64,000 nucleotides of DNA from a virus (IMGVR_UViG_3300045996_002876:32001-96000), one strand, 5' to 3'; counted from the stretch's first letter, positions 1 through 8,725 are shown. The notes: generated by a model not told the origin, from the sequence alone. Program-made: numbers and translations.

Positions 1-627
1 CCCCGGCGTCTTCATCTCCTCGAGAACGGCGACGGCGGCGGCGGCGATCTTCCGGAGGTCCTTCGGGGTTCGGGCCAGGCCGAGGTAGTCCAGGATGGAC
101 CGGACGTCCCCTCCGGCCACCTCCTCCCACTCGTAGCCGACGGCCTCGACCGAATTCGAGTAGCGGGTCCACGCGTCGAGGGTGTTCTCGAACTCCGCGG
201 CGGTCCTGGCCCCGGACAGGGCCGCCACCGCCGCCGCGTTGAGCGAGGTGTCCGCCAGGAGGTTCCGGTAAAAGCGGGCGGTGGTCCCCAGCCGCCGGTG
301 GAGCCGCCAGAGGAAGTCCTTGCCGTCGAACTCGCCCCGGGCGGTCCCGAGCTGGGCCACGGCCAGCTCGCGGAGGCCGCGGGCCCGGTCCTTCTCCGAC
401 GCCCACTCGGTACAGTCGTTCAGCCCGATCTTGAACCAGCGGAGGGTGTCGTGGACGCACGACGGCTTGTCGCTGTGGGGCTCGCCCAGGGCGTAGCAAA
501 CGGCCGCCTCGACACAGAACTTTCCGGGCTCGGCGACGCCCATGCCCTCGACCAGGCCGTGGTCGACGACCTCGAGGACCCGGGCGACCGTCTTTTTGTC
601 GATCTTGGCGGGGGGCAGCTTTTTCAC
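1..627 (-). CDS. Hypothetical phage protein, runs off the left edge
   Basis: Open frame from GTG 627 to position 1 (VKKLPPAKIDKKTVARVLEVVDHGLVEGMG..GKFCVEAAVCYALGEPHSDKPSCV..LEEMKTPG). Absent from the ORF track because the stop is outside the window. Confidence 0.75.
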   Translation of the reverse strand, partial: MKKLPPAKIDKKTVARVLEVVDHGLVEGMGVAEPGKFCVEAAVCYALGEPHSDKPSCVHDTLRWFKIGLNDCTEWASEKDRARGLRELAVAQLGTARGEFDGKDFLWRLHRRLGTTARFYRNLLADTSLNAAAVAALSGARTAAEFENTLDAWTRYSNSVEAVGYEWEEVAGGDVRSILDYLGLARTPKDLRKIAAAAVAVLEEMKTPG

Positions 628-691
628 GGCGGGATCCGGGGTTATAAGGGTGGGGGCAGTGGACCAGAGGTAATACACGCGGGGCCGGGCC

Positions 692-1051
692 TCACAGGTT
701 CCCGAGGACGGACTTGGACTTCTTCGCCTGGGCCCACGCGCCCAGGCCCGTGCCCCAGACGGCTTCCACGAACTTCTTGAACTCGGCCCACGGGGCGGCC
801 CTCCCCCGCTCGTACGCCGGGTACATCATGAGGACGGCCTGCTCGCAGACGCTGGCGGTCAGCTCGTAGGCCTCCGCGGGGAGGAACCCGTGGAGCCGGT
901 CGAGGGTCCGGGACAGCCCGGCCGGGTCGGCGCGGGCGTACTTCTCGAGGGCCAGGTCCAGGGCCCGCTCCTCGCGGGCGGTCAGGCCCCCGTCGAGGAA
1001 CGAGGCCCTTGGGAACAGGACGATCTCCGGGGGCGGGTCGGACACGGGCAC
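692..1051 (-). CDS. Hypothetical protein (119 aa)
   Basis: Protein-like composition; packed in the leftward operon. Confidence 0.65.
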   Translation of the reverse strand: MPVSDPPPEIVLFPRASFLDGGLTAREERALDLALEKYARADPAGLSRTLDRLHGFLPAEAYELTASVCEQAVLMMYPAYERGRAAPWAEFKKFVEAVWGTGLGAWAQAKKSKSVLGNL

Positions 1052-1088
1052 AAGTCCCCGGGGGTGAGGGGCGGGCGAAGCCGGGGGC

Positions 1089-1487
1089 TCAGCCCCGGCG
1101 GGCGGCGGTCAGGTCGGCGACGGCGGCCGCGAGGGCGGCCAGGCGGGCCCGGACGGACCCGGCCTTCGGGGCCCGGGCGGTCTTGGGGGCCGCGGCCTTG
1201 CGGGCCTGGTACTGGATCCCGTTGACCTTGAGGGCGCGGGCGACGTTCTGGCGGGTGACCGGGAACCCGAGGGCGTCGGTGTAGTGGGCGGCCAGGGGCG
1301 TCCGGCCCGGGCGGTCGGCCAGGATGGACGCCCGGTCGGCGGCCACCTGCTGGGCCAGGCGGAAGAACTTGGCCGAGTCCAGCATGTTCCGCGGGACCCC
1401 GACGGCGGCCTTCCACGGCTCGTGCCGCTTGGCCGGGGCGGCGGCGGGGGTCGTGTCGCGGCCGTTCGTGAACGGGGTACCGGTCAT
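1089..1487 (-). CDS. Hypothetical basic protein (132 aa), possibly DNA-binding
   Basis: MTGTPFTNGRD.. start inside track ORF 1089..2408; basic C-terminus KAAAPKTARAPK. Confidence 0.6.
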   Translation of the reverse strand: MTGTPFTNGRDTTPAAAPAKRHEPWKAAVGVPRNMLDSAKFFRLAQQVAADRASILADRPGRTPLAAHYTDALGFPVTRQNVARALKVNGIQYQARKAAAPKTARAPKAGSVRARLAALAAAVADLTAARRG

Positions 1488-1488
1488 C

Positions 1489-1776
1489 TCAGGTCCTTTG
1501 GGGGTGGGCGTCCGTGCCGGGATTACTTTGGTCGCGGATGAGTTTCTCGTACGGGCACTGGCCGCCTTCCAGGGGGGCCTCGCACGTCCGGCAGGCCCCG
1601 GCGGCCTCGAGCTCGGCCCGCTTAAGCATGGCCCGGTAGAGGGCCTCCAGGGCCGCCCCGGCCGCCCGGTCGTACCGGGTGATGAGGGCCAGCCCGTCGG
1701 GGGTGTACGCCGCCTCCCGGCCCGGCCGGAGAAGGGCGTCGATGTCGTTGAGGACCGGACCGGCGGCGTACAGCAC
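1489..1776 (-). CDS. Hypothetical protein with C-terminal Cys cluster
   Basis: CRTCEAPLEGGQCP; fills the gap between neighbouring genes. Confidence 0.55.
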   Translation of the reverse strand: MLYAAGPVLNDIDALLRPGREAAYTPDGLALITRYDRAAGAALEALYRAMLKRAELEAAGACRTCEAPLEGGQCPYEKLIRDQSNPGTDAHPQRT

Positions 1777-1801
1777 GGGCGTCTCCGTAAGGCCGGGGGC
1801 C

Positions 1802-2419
1802 TTAAATTTCTACCACGATCGGCGCGTTCACGGGTCGATACGCCTCGTCCACCAGGGAGGCGTTCACGAACAGGGTCTTCCCGATCCGGTACGTCCCGTA
1901 CCCGGAGTGGATGTGCCCGGCGACTACCAAGCGGGGCTGGACGGCCTCGATCCGTGTCAGCAGGCTCATAGACCCGGTGTGGACCCGCCCGTAGGGGCTG
2001 AAGTCCCCGTGCCCGTACGGCGGGCCGTGCAGGACCAGGATGTCCGTGTCGGCCGGGATGGCGTCCCACCGCTTCTTCAGGTCCGGCTCGTCGGCGTTGA
2101 AGGCCCAGTCGAAAAACCGGGGCTGCCACGGGGACCCGTAAATCTTCAGCCCGCCCCACTCGACCCCAGAGTCCTGGAGGTAGGCCCAGTTCATCCGGGG
2201 GACCATGTGCGGGGCCCGCTCGAAGATGAAGTCGTGGTTCCCGGCCACCCCGACGATTTTCATCCGTCCCGCGGCCCGGTCGACCCACGGGGCGAACGCG
2301 TCCCGGTACCAGAAGGCGTCGGCGTGGTCCCGACAGTAGTCCCCGGCCAGGACCAGCAGGTCGCAGTCCGGGACCTCCGGGAGGTGCCCGTGCAGGTCGC
2401 TGAGACAACAGACTTTCAC
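1802..2419 (-). CDS. Calcineurin-like metallophosphoesterase
   Basis: Motifs SDLHG, LAGD, GNHD, LHGPP, GHIH. Confidence 0.92.
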   Translation of the reverse strand: MKVCCLSDLHGHLPEVPDCDLLVLAGDYCRDHADAFWYRDAFAPWVDRAAGRMKIVGVAGNHDFIFERAPHMVPRMNWAYLQDSGVEWGGLKIYGSPWQPRFFDWAFNADEPDLKKRWDAIPADTDILVLHGPPYGHGDFSPYGRVHTGSMSLLTRIEAVQPRLVVAGHIHSGYGTYRIGKTLFVNASLVDEAYRPVNAPIVVEI

Positions 2420-2441
2420 GGGCGACTCCAGGGGCGGGCAG

Positions 2442-2584
2442 ACCGAGCGGGGAGAGTCGAACTCCCAGGTGACCGGGGGCCCTCGCCTTCCGGTCGGGAC
2501 GGTGTCATAGGAGGGTGATCACTCCTCCCCGGCCGTCCAGGGAGCACTCCATTCGTCCTGCGTTTACCGTTTCGCCACGCTCGG
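2442..2584 (-). ncRNA. tRNA-like RNA 1 (class II-like body with 52-nt insert in the anticodon loop)
   Basis: Acceptor CCGAGCG/CGCTCGG; D arm GCG-AAACGGTAAA-CGC; stem GGACG/CGTCC around 52 nt; variable arm GACCGG/CCGGTC; T arm GGGAG-TTCGACT-CTCCC; intergenic; no encoded CCA. Confidence 0.75.
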
Positions 2585-2586
2585 GG

Positions 2587-2805
2587 TCAGGGCTTACCTA
2601 GGAGGCGTTCGATCAGCTCCTCCCGGTTGGAGAACACCAGGTTCCGGTTGACCGTACGGAGGTCCTTCCGGACCCAGCCTTTGACTTCCACGACCGCCCG
2701 GTCGGCGTCGAAGGAGATCAGCCGCCCCTGAACGAGGTCGATCCCGGACAGGGTTACCCAGTCGAACCGAAGGTCCACGACCCAATAGGTTTCGCCGATC
2801 TTCAC
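2587..2805 (-). CDS. Small hypothetical protein (72 aa)
   Basis: GTG 2805 after AGAGGGGGAG; VKIGETYWVVDL..; lies between two tRNA-like elements. Confidence 0.65.
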   Translation of the reverse strand: MKIGETYWVVDLRFDWVTLSGIDLVQGRLISFDADRAVVEVKGWVRKDLRTVNRNLVFSNREELIERLLGKP

Positions 2806-2829
2806 GGGCCTCCCCCTCTGGTTCTTGAT

Positions 2830-2957
2830 CAGTCCCGGCGGGATTCGAACCCGCGGCGCTTCCCCTTCGTCGGCCCCGCTACGGCCCCCCGGGAAAGCGT
2901 CTCCGTAGCGGTAAGGTTTGGACCCCGGCTTGTGGCCGTTCTCACCCACGGGGACTG
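2830..2957 (-). ncRNA. tRNA-like RNA 2
   Basis: Canonical T arm GCGGG-TTCGAAT-CCCGC; acceptor CAGTCCC(C)G/CGGGACTG with one bulge; GTGG/CCAC D-like stem; internal 9-bp hairpin CCGCTACGG/CCGTAGCGG. Confidence 0.55.
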
Positions 2958-3075
2958 CTGTCTTCCGCCAGGGCCGTCCGGGGCGGCGAAAGCCGCCCCG
3001 GACTCCCCGGCACTCACCACACCACACGACCCCACGCCGTGTACGCTACCACCCGACCGGGCAGGCCTGCGTCCC

Positions 3076-3942
3076 TCACCCGGGGAAGTACCCGCCCGGC
3101 CCGTAACTCCGGACCGGGGCCGGCCGCGGGGGGACGTACCCGGCCCCCGACCCGGTGAACCCGGGGACGTACGCGGGGAAGGCCTGGGGCGGGTAGTACT
3201 TGATCGGCGGGACTTCCGGCGGGGGCGGGAACCGGGGGTCCCCGACCGGGGTCGTTTTCATCTGGCCCTTGGCCGGCGGCGGGGGCGGGAGGGGGGCCTT
3301 CCTGGCCTCCCCCTCGGGGTCCTTGAGGAACCGGGTGACCTCGTCCAGGCGGACGGCCAGGGTGGTCGTCCGGTCCCCGGTGATCCCGCCGTACAGGACG
3401 GCCGCCAGCTCGCCGGCGGCGTTCACCAGGGGGCCGCCCGAGTCCCCGTGCCAGGACCCGATCCGGGCCAGGACGGCCTTGAACCCGTCCCCCCCGGTCT
3501 CGTTCACGGACTCGACCCGGCCCGACCGGGTGACCAGCGGGCCGGCCTCGGTGAACCCGTACTGGGTGAGGACGGCCCCGGCCGCCGGGGCCGTGGCGGC
3601 CACGGGCAGGCTCGGGAGGTCGGCCGCCACCCGCAGGAGGGCCAGGTCGCTCCGCCCGTCGGCGGCCACCAGGGCGGCCGGGTAGACCTTCCCGCCGGCC
3701 GTCAGGACCTCGTACGTCGCGTCGGCCGCCGGGGCCACGTGCTTGTTGGTCAGGACCAGGCTCACGCCGGCCTTGCTGGACACGACCGCCCCGGTCCCCC
3801 ACCCGCACTCCTTGGAGCGGCGGTGGGTGTGCGGGTCCTCGACGAACCGGGACCGGCAGACCTGGACGCAGGCCCCCTCGGGGCCGGCCAGGAGGCCGGC
3901 GGGGAGGGCCAGGAGGAAGAGGCACACGAGGCGGCGAATCAT
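3076..3942 (-). CDS. Secreted trypsin-like (S1) serine protease with Pro-rich tail
   Basis: Signal-like MIRRLVCLFLLALPAGLLA; catalytic motifs LTNKHV, DLALL, GDSGGPL. Confidence 0.88.
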   Translation of the reverse strand: MIRRLVCLFLLALPAGLLAGPEGACVQVCRSRFVEDPHTHRRSKECGWGTGAVVSSKAGVSLVLTNKHVAPAADATYEVLTAGGKVYPAALVAADGRSDLALLRVAADLPSLPVAATAPAAGAVLTQYGFTEAGPLVTRSGRVESVNETGGDGFKAVLARIGSWHGDSGGPLVNAAGELAAVLYGGITGDRTTTLAVRLDEVTRFLKDPEGEARKAPLPPPPPAKGQMKTTPVGDPRFPPPPEVPPIKYYPPQAFPAYVPGFTGSGAGYVPPRPAPVRSYGPGGYFPG

Positions 3943-3976
3943 TCGCGTTCCAGAAAGGGCGTGGGCGGGGGCGGGA

Positions 3977-4255
3977 CTAGGACTTCGGGCGGCGGAGCCA
4001 CTCCTCGTACCGGGCACAGGACGCGTCGAGGCGGGCCCGGGCGGCCTCCGCCTCGGCCTTCTTCCGCTCGTCGGCGTACGTCCGGTCCCCGTACGGGATC
4101 GGCTCGTCGCACAGGTTCCCGTCGTACACCAGGTCCTCCTTGGACCCGGTCAGGACGGCGCGGGCGGCGTTGAGGTACGGCTCGAGGACGACGAACAGGA
4201 CCGGGACGAGGACGAAGGCCAGGCAGGCCAGGCCGGACAGGACGTCGGGGTTCAT
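3977..4255 (-). CDS. Small membrane-anchored hypothetical protein
   Basis: MNPDVLSGLACLAFVLVPVLFVV hydrophobic N-terminus. Confidence 0.65.
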   Translation of the reverse strand: MNPDVLSGLACLAFVLVPVLFVVLEPYLNAARAVLTGSKEDLVYDGNLCDEPIPYGDRTYADERKKAEAEAARARLDASCARYEEWLRRPKS

Positions 4256-5307
4256 CGGAGAGTCGCCTCCTCGGCGGCGGCCTCGGCGGCGGCCTCCTCC
4301 TCGGACACGAGGGTGATGGCCGGGCAGTTCTCCTCGTAGAACATGGTCGCGAACTCGACCGCCCCGGCCCACCCGCGGGCCACGAACCGGCCGAAGGCGG
4401 GGACGACGTACAGGGGGTAGCCGACGACCTTGACGTGGTCCCAGACCCGCCCCAGGACGTCCCAGGTGGTCCGCCGGGACCGCACGAAGTAGGCCGCCCC
4501 GCCGGCGAGGATGCCCCAGAAGAGCATGCGGGCCAGGAACCAGAAGGCCGCCCCGGTCCCCTCGGCCGAGAACAGCCAGGCGATCCCCTGGCAGATCCAG
4601 TAGAGGGCCCAGGCGAGGAACAGGACGGCCTCGTACAGGAGGTAGGCGGCCGCCACGGCCAGGACGGCGTACAGGGCGTACAGCCCCCACTTGACGAACG
4701 CCCGCGAGAAGTTCGACCAGAACACCAGGCGGGCCCGGAGGGCCGCCCGGCGGGCCTCGGCCCGTGCCTTGGCGGCCTCGTACCGGTCGACCAGGAGGGC
4801 GTGCAGGGCCCGGGCCTCCTCCGGGACCAGGAGGGCGTACGGGAACTCGTGCTTCAGGAAGGTCCAGACGGTGTCGAACTCCTTGTACGACCCGGACGAC
4901 CAGTTCCGGAGGAGTTCGGTCAGGCGGGCCGCGAAGTGGGCCCGCTCCTGGCGGAGGGTCGGGGCGACCTCAGCCGCCGGCTCCCGCTCCGGCCGGCGGG
5001 CCAGGAGCCCGCGGAGGAAGCTCCCGACGGCGGTCAGCCCGTCCCCGACACGGGAAGCCCCCCAGGCGGCCCGGACCCCCCGGAACACGGCCCGCCCGAC
5101 CTTGACGGCCAGCAGGAGCGGGAGGAGGAGGGCGATCAGGTTGGTCAGGTGGAACAGCGGGCAGTAGTGGGTGTACAGGTACTTGGGCAGGCCGGTGTCC
5201 TGGGGCCGGGCCGGGTCGGCGTCGGCCACCCCGAAGGCCCAGTGGAGGAGGCGGTACCGCCAGTGCCCGAAGGACAGGGTCCGGTCGGCCTTGATCGAGT
5301 CGAGCAC
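4252..5307 (-). CDS. Multi-pass membrane protein
   Basis: 351 aa, several hydrophobic segments; motif LYTHYCPLFH. Confidence 0.8.
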   Translation of the reverse strand: MLDSIKADRTLSFGHWRYRLLHWAFGVADADPARPQDTGLPKYLYTHYCPLFHLTNLIALLLPLLLAVKVGRAVFRGVRAAWGASRVGDGLTAVGSFLRGLLARRPEREPAAEVAPTLRQERAHFAARLTELLRNWSSGSYKEFDTVWTFLKHEFPYALLVPEEARALHALLVDRYEAAKARAEARRAALRARLVFWSNFSRAFVKWGLYALYAVLAVAAAYLLYEAVLFLAWALYWICQGIAWLFSAEGTGAAFWFLARMLFWGILAGGAAYFVRSRRTTWDVLGRVWDHVKVVGYPLYVVPAFGRFVARGWAGAVEFATMFYEENCPAITLVSEEEAAAEAAAEEATLR

Positions 5308-5335
5308 GCGGGACTCCTGGGAACTCGTCTGGAAG

Positions 5336-5458
5336 AAGGCGGGGTGGGGGTCGAACCCACACGGCCCGGGGACGCCCCCGGGAGCTCTCCCCGACGCCGG
5401 CGGGATGGGTACCCTCGCCGCCGGAGCCGGGCCCTCTCGGGCCTTGAGCTACCCGCCC
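5336..5458 (-). ncRNA. tRNA-like RNA 3 (57-nt insert in place of the anticodon loop)
   Basis: Acceptor GGGCGGG/CCCGCCT; TA-GCTC-AAGGCCCGA-GAG D arm; stem GCCCGG/CCGGGC around 57 nt with two internal hairpins; T arm GTGGG-TTCGACC-CCCAC. Confidence 0.75.
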
Positions 5459-5721
5459 GTAAAGCCGGGAGTCGCACGGAGGCCTCCCGGGGGCCCTGCC
5501 AATCCGTCCGCCGGCTTCCGCTCCGACCGAACTACTCCCCGGCGGGGGACCCGTACTCGCTCGACGTTACACCGTCCCCCGAGCGTTCGTGGGGGACTGG
5601 AACACCCGTTACGGCCCGCTGGGATGACGCTCTCGGTCGCCGGGTGACCACCCTTACGGGCGGGCCCTTTGGGAGGAGCTTGACCAGTCCTACCGGATGA
5701 GGGCTATCGGTGTTCTGGGGC

Positions 5722-5754
5722 GGCCGGGGGAGGTCCTTCCGACCTCCCCCGGCC
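5722..5754. repeat. Perfect inverted repeat, 14-bp stem, CTTCC loop
   Basis: GGCCGGGGGAGGTC-CTTCC-GACCTCCCCCGGCC just downstream of groES. Confidence 0.85.
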
Positions 5755-5764
5755 CGGCTGTTTT

Positions 5765-6055
5765 TCAGTCCTCGAGGACGCCGAGGACGTCGGCCTCGCG
5801 GAGGATCCGGACCTTCCTCCCGCCGACCTCCTCCTCGTGCCCGGCGTACATGCCGAACACGACCGTCTGGCCGACGGCCACGTCGAGGATGAGGCGGCGG
5901 TTCTGGCCGGGGTCGTAGGCCCCCGGGCCGACGGCCGTCACCACCCCCCGGCCGATCTTCATCCGGGCCGAGTCGGGCAGGAGGATCCCGCCGGGGGTCT
6001 GGGTCTCGGTCACGGGCTCGACCACCAGGTGGTCGGCGAGGGGGCGGATCTTCAT
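5765..6055 (-). CDS. groES: Co-chaperonin GroES (Cpn10)
   Basis: MKIRPLADHLVV..TPGGILLPDSA..GVVTAVGPG..READVLGVLE. Confidence 0.95.
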   Translation of the reverse strand: MKIRPLADHLVVEPVTETQTPGGILLPDSARMKIGRGVVTAVGPGAYDPGQNRRLILDVAVGQTVVFGMYAGHEEEVGGRKVRILREADVLGVLED

Positions 6056-6093
6056 GTCTCTTGGTTCTCCTGATTGTTCCTTGCCGACCGTCT

Positions 6094-6330
6094 TCACTTT
6101 GCCGAGAGGGCCCGCCGGCCGTCCAGGTAGTCCTGCCCGTACCAGAGGACGAGCTTGACTTGCCGCTCGGTCATGGGGGCCCTGAGGGCGTACGCCGCCT
6201 GCTTATTCTGGGCGTCGATTTTCGCCCCTTCGGCCTCGTTGTCGGTCGCCTTCTGGCAGAATTCGTCCTCCGAGGCGGCCGACCGACATGCGATACAGAA
6301 CCCGCGGCGGTCGTGCATGTGGGTCGCCAT
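6094..6330 (-). CDS. Hypothetical protein (78 aa)
   Basis: ATG after AAGGAG; CxxC. Confidence 0.6.
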   Translation of the reverse strand: MATHMHDRRGFCIACRSAASEDEFCQKATDNEAEGAKIDAQNKQAAYALRAPMTERQVKLVLWYGQDYLDGRRALSAK

Positions 6331-6473
6331 ACTGGGCTCCTTGTCCGGGGGAGGGGTGGCCGGGGCATCGGCCCCGGTCCCGGGCCGATTGTGGTGGTCC
6401 GTACGCGGCGGGAGTCAGGTCCGCCCCCACCCCGGCCCCGGTAGAGCGTTGGCTACCGGCCCCTCGCCGCCGA

Positions 6474-6725
6474 CTACGGGAGGACCTTGTGGACGACCAC
6501 CTCGGCGTCCAGGCGGACGACGTGGAGGCCCGCCTCGGGGGCCCACCAGTTACCCGTGCCCAACTCGGCCGCGAACAGACGGCCGTCGGCGAATCCTCGC
6601 GGGTCGAGCACGGCCAGGTACGTCCGCGACGACCCCAGCGTGTGGGCGCTCCAGAAAACGTCCCCGGCCTTCAGGTCGGCGAACCTGGTCACGGGGGCCT
6701 TGTCGGTCCGGTCGGTGATCTTCAT
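6474..6725 (-). CDS. Small protein of the paralogous DLxxGDxF family
   Basis: RFADLKAGDVF motif; RBS GAGGA. Confidence 0.7.
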   Translation of the reverse strand: MKITDRTDKAPVTRFADLKAGDVFWSAHTLGSSRTYLAVLDPRGFADGRLFAAELGTGNWWAPEAGLHVVRLDAEVVVHKVLP

Positions 6726-6809
6726 GGGGTCCTCGGTATCAGCCGGCCCGGGGCGAGTCCCTTCGCCCCGGGCGGCCGGGAGGGGCGGGGACGGTCGTCC
6801 CCTACGGGT

Positions 6810-6838
6810 AAGTTAGGGGGTCGTTCCTGAGAGTCAAG
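6810..6838 (-). promoter_or_regulatory. Sigma70-like promoter with operator-like palindrome on the -35 box
   Basis: TTGACT-16-TAACTT; CTTGACTCTCAGG. Confidence 0.6.
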
Positions 6839-7056
6839 AACTTCTCAAGGAAAATCCAGATTCCCCCTCCGGGCCCCCACTTTGTCCCGGCGGGTGGGGG
6901 CATTGCGAGCCCGGGCTTGAGGCGCGCACCCTGGGGCGGGGCGTCTTTGAAGACACGCGGCGAGAAGGAGATGAGGTTCGGGGGTAAGCCCGGGAGGCCA
7001 CCCGATTCACCCGCGATCCGGCCCCTTCGGGGTGGTGGCGGAGCCGGCCGCTAACA

Positions 7057-7149
7057 CGTCTCCGTCGCTCCTACAGAGCGACGGAGACGGCCGGGAGTAT
7101 CAGGACTCCCCGGGGCCGCCTGGCTCGCTGTAGGCGAGCCAGGCGGCCC
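7057..7149. repeat. Three-hairpin cluster; outer loops CTACA and TGTAG are complementary
   Basis: 14-bp stem 7057-7089; 6-bp stem 7093-7110; 16-bp stem 7113-7149; all perfect. Confidence 0.9.
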
Positions 7150-7169
7150 GCTGGGGGACGCGGAGGGGA

Positions 7170-7436
7170 CTAGTTCCCCCCGCCGGTCCGCCGGGCCTTC
7201 GCGGCCTCCTGGACGCTCCGGGCGGCGGCGATCAGGTTGGCCAGCTCGGCCTCGTTCAGGAGGACCTGGCAGAGCTCGTCGGGGCCCAGGGCGGCCGGGT
7301 CGAGCCCGACCGGCTGGAGGACGATACAGAAGGTGTCCCGGCCGTCCCGGTCCCGGCCGTACCCGCACGCGTGGAAGGCCACGGGGAGGGTCTCGATCCG
7401 GGTCAGGTCGGCGGGGTTTCCGTTGGTCACAGGCAT
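7170..7436 (-). CDS. Hypothetical protein (88 aa)
   Basis: MPVTNGNPADL.. after GGAG RBS. Confidence 0.6.
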   Translation of the reverse strand: MPVTNGNPADLTRIETLPVAFHACGYGRDRDGRDTFCIVLQPVGLDPAALGPDELCQVLLNEAELANLIAAARSVQEAAKARRTGGGN

Positions 7437-7627
7437 GGGGGTCTCCGGACGGGCGACCGGTATCCCCAAATGGTAAGCGGGGCCCTCTGGGGGCTCCAGT
7501 GGAAAGTCAAAAAACAGGCACACTTTTAAGAGGGTTTACCGAACGAAGGTACTCCCAGGCCCGAAAGGGCCGGAGTACGTACTCTCCCCTTCACACTTTA
7601 AGTGCGTGGCGGAGACCGGATTGACCC

Positions 7628-7656
7628 ACTATACGGGGGTGGGTAGGGAGAGTCAA
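7628..7656 (-). promoter_or_regulatory. Near-consensus sigma70 promoter
   Basis: TTGACT-17-TATAGT in an AT-richer intergenic region. Confidence 0.7.
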
Positions 7657-7831
7657 CAGTTGGACGGAGGGGAGAATGACAGGAGAAAAATTTGTCGGAC
7701 CCGTTCAACAATAGACATATAGACAGACAACCATCCGACTGATTTCGACTGGACGTGGTAGGAAATGTCAAACTGGGCAAGACCTAATATCGCAGATCCG
7801 TGTCGAGGTTGTTGATTCTCAAACATGAGAA

Positions 7832-8725
7832 TCAAATGGAGTACTCGACCCCGACCGCCGTGGGGTAGAGCTGGCCGGCAAGGACCCTCACGATCGTGGT
7901 CGTGAAGACCCTGTACCGCCCGGCGAGATCGTCCAGGAGATGACTGGGCCCGATCCGCCAGTCGCACCCTCCAGTCTCTTCCCTCCAGGCGGCGCGGATG
8001 GCCTGGGCGTCGTGGAACGTCAGTTCTTGGAGGCCCGATGTCGGAGGGGAGGTTTTCCGACCCCGCGGGCGGCGGGCGAACGCCAGCTTTCTTTTGAGGT
8101 CCACGATCGTCTCGTCTCGCGACTGGACCTTCTTCTCCAGTCGCCGAAGGGCCCGCTCGAGTCGCCTGACGTCCTTGAGGGTAAACCCGCGGAGCCGCTC
8201 CTCTTCGAGTCGCTTCTGCCGCTCCTGCTCCCGGCGGGCCCGGAGGGCTTCCTTGTACTTCTCGTGGGCCGCCCTCCGGATGACCTTGATGTCGTACCGG
8301 GGCGGCTCTTCGAACATTTCCACGGTCCACGGACTGGTGTCGGCCAGCATGTGCTCGTAGAGCAGGTTCTCGGTGTTCCCGCCGGGCCCCCGCTCGGCCA
8401 GGTCCTGCATGTTCTCCTGGTGGGTCCCCTCGACCAGATGGTCGGGGTTACAACAGGGGCGGTTGTCGCACTCGTGGCGTACGACCAGGCCGGGCGTGAG
8501 GGGGCCCTTGAACAGGGCGTAGGAGACGCGGTGGGCGAGGCGGTTGAGGGTCCCCCGGGCCGACCGGACCTTGACCACCCCGTAGTCTTGGCGGTTCCGG
8601 TCCTCGTTCCAGACCCAACACCCGGAGAGGCCGTCCTTCAGGACGCTCCGGTGGATCTGCTCGCGGAGGGTCTCGTCCAGAACCCAACCCTCACTGGTTT
8701 CGGTGTGTGCCGAGAGGTACGACAT
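7832..8725 (-). CDS. HNH homing endonuclease with coiled-coil/HTH C-terminus
   Basis: CWVW..YG..AHRVSY..VRHECDNRPCCNPDHLVEGTHQENMQD. Confidence 0.88.
   Translation of the reverse strand: MSYLSAHTETSEGWVLDETLREQIHRSVLKDGLSGCWVWNEDRNRQDYGVVKVRSARGTLNRLAHRVSYALFKGPLTPGLVVRHECDNRPCCNPDHLVEGTHQENMQDLAERGPGGNTENLLYEHMLADTSPWTVEMFEEPPRYDIKVIRRAAHEKYKEALRARREQERQKRLEEERLRGFTLKDVRRLERALRRLEKKVQSRDETIVDLKRKLAFARRPRGRKTSPPTSGLQELTFHDAQAIRAAWREETGGCDWRIGPSHLLDDLAGRYRVFTTTIVRVLAGQLYPTAVGVEYSI

Noticed and set aside
2442-5458. Calling the elements standard tRNAs (e.g. Leu/Ser for element 1, Trp-CCA for element 2) or tmRNA
   Set aside because: There is no properly stemmed 7-nt anticodon loop; the GTCCAAA loop in element 2 has only 3 bp of stem. 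The elements are far too short for tmRNA and lack a tag reading frame.
5459-5520. RNase P RNA, suggested by CCCGGCTTTA
   Set aside because: The partner GAGGAAAGTCC motif is absent upstream
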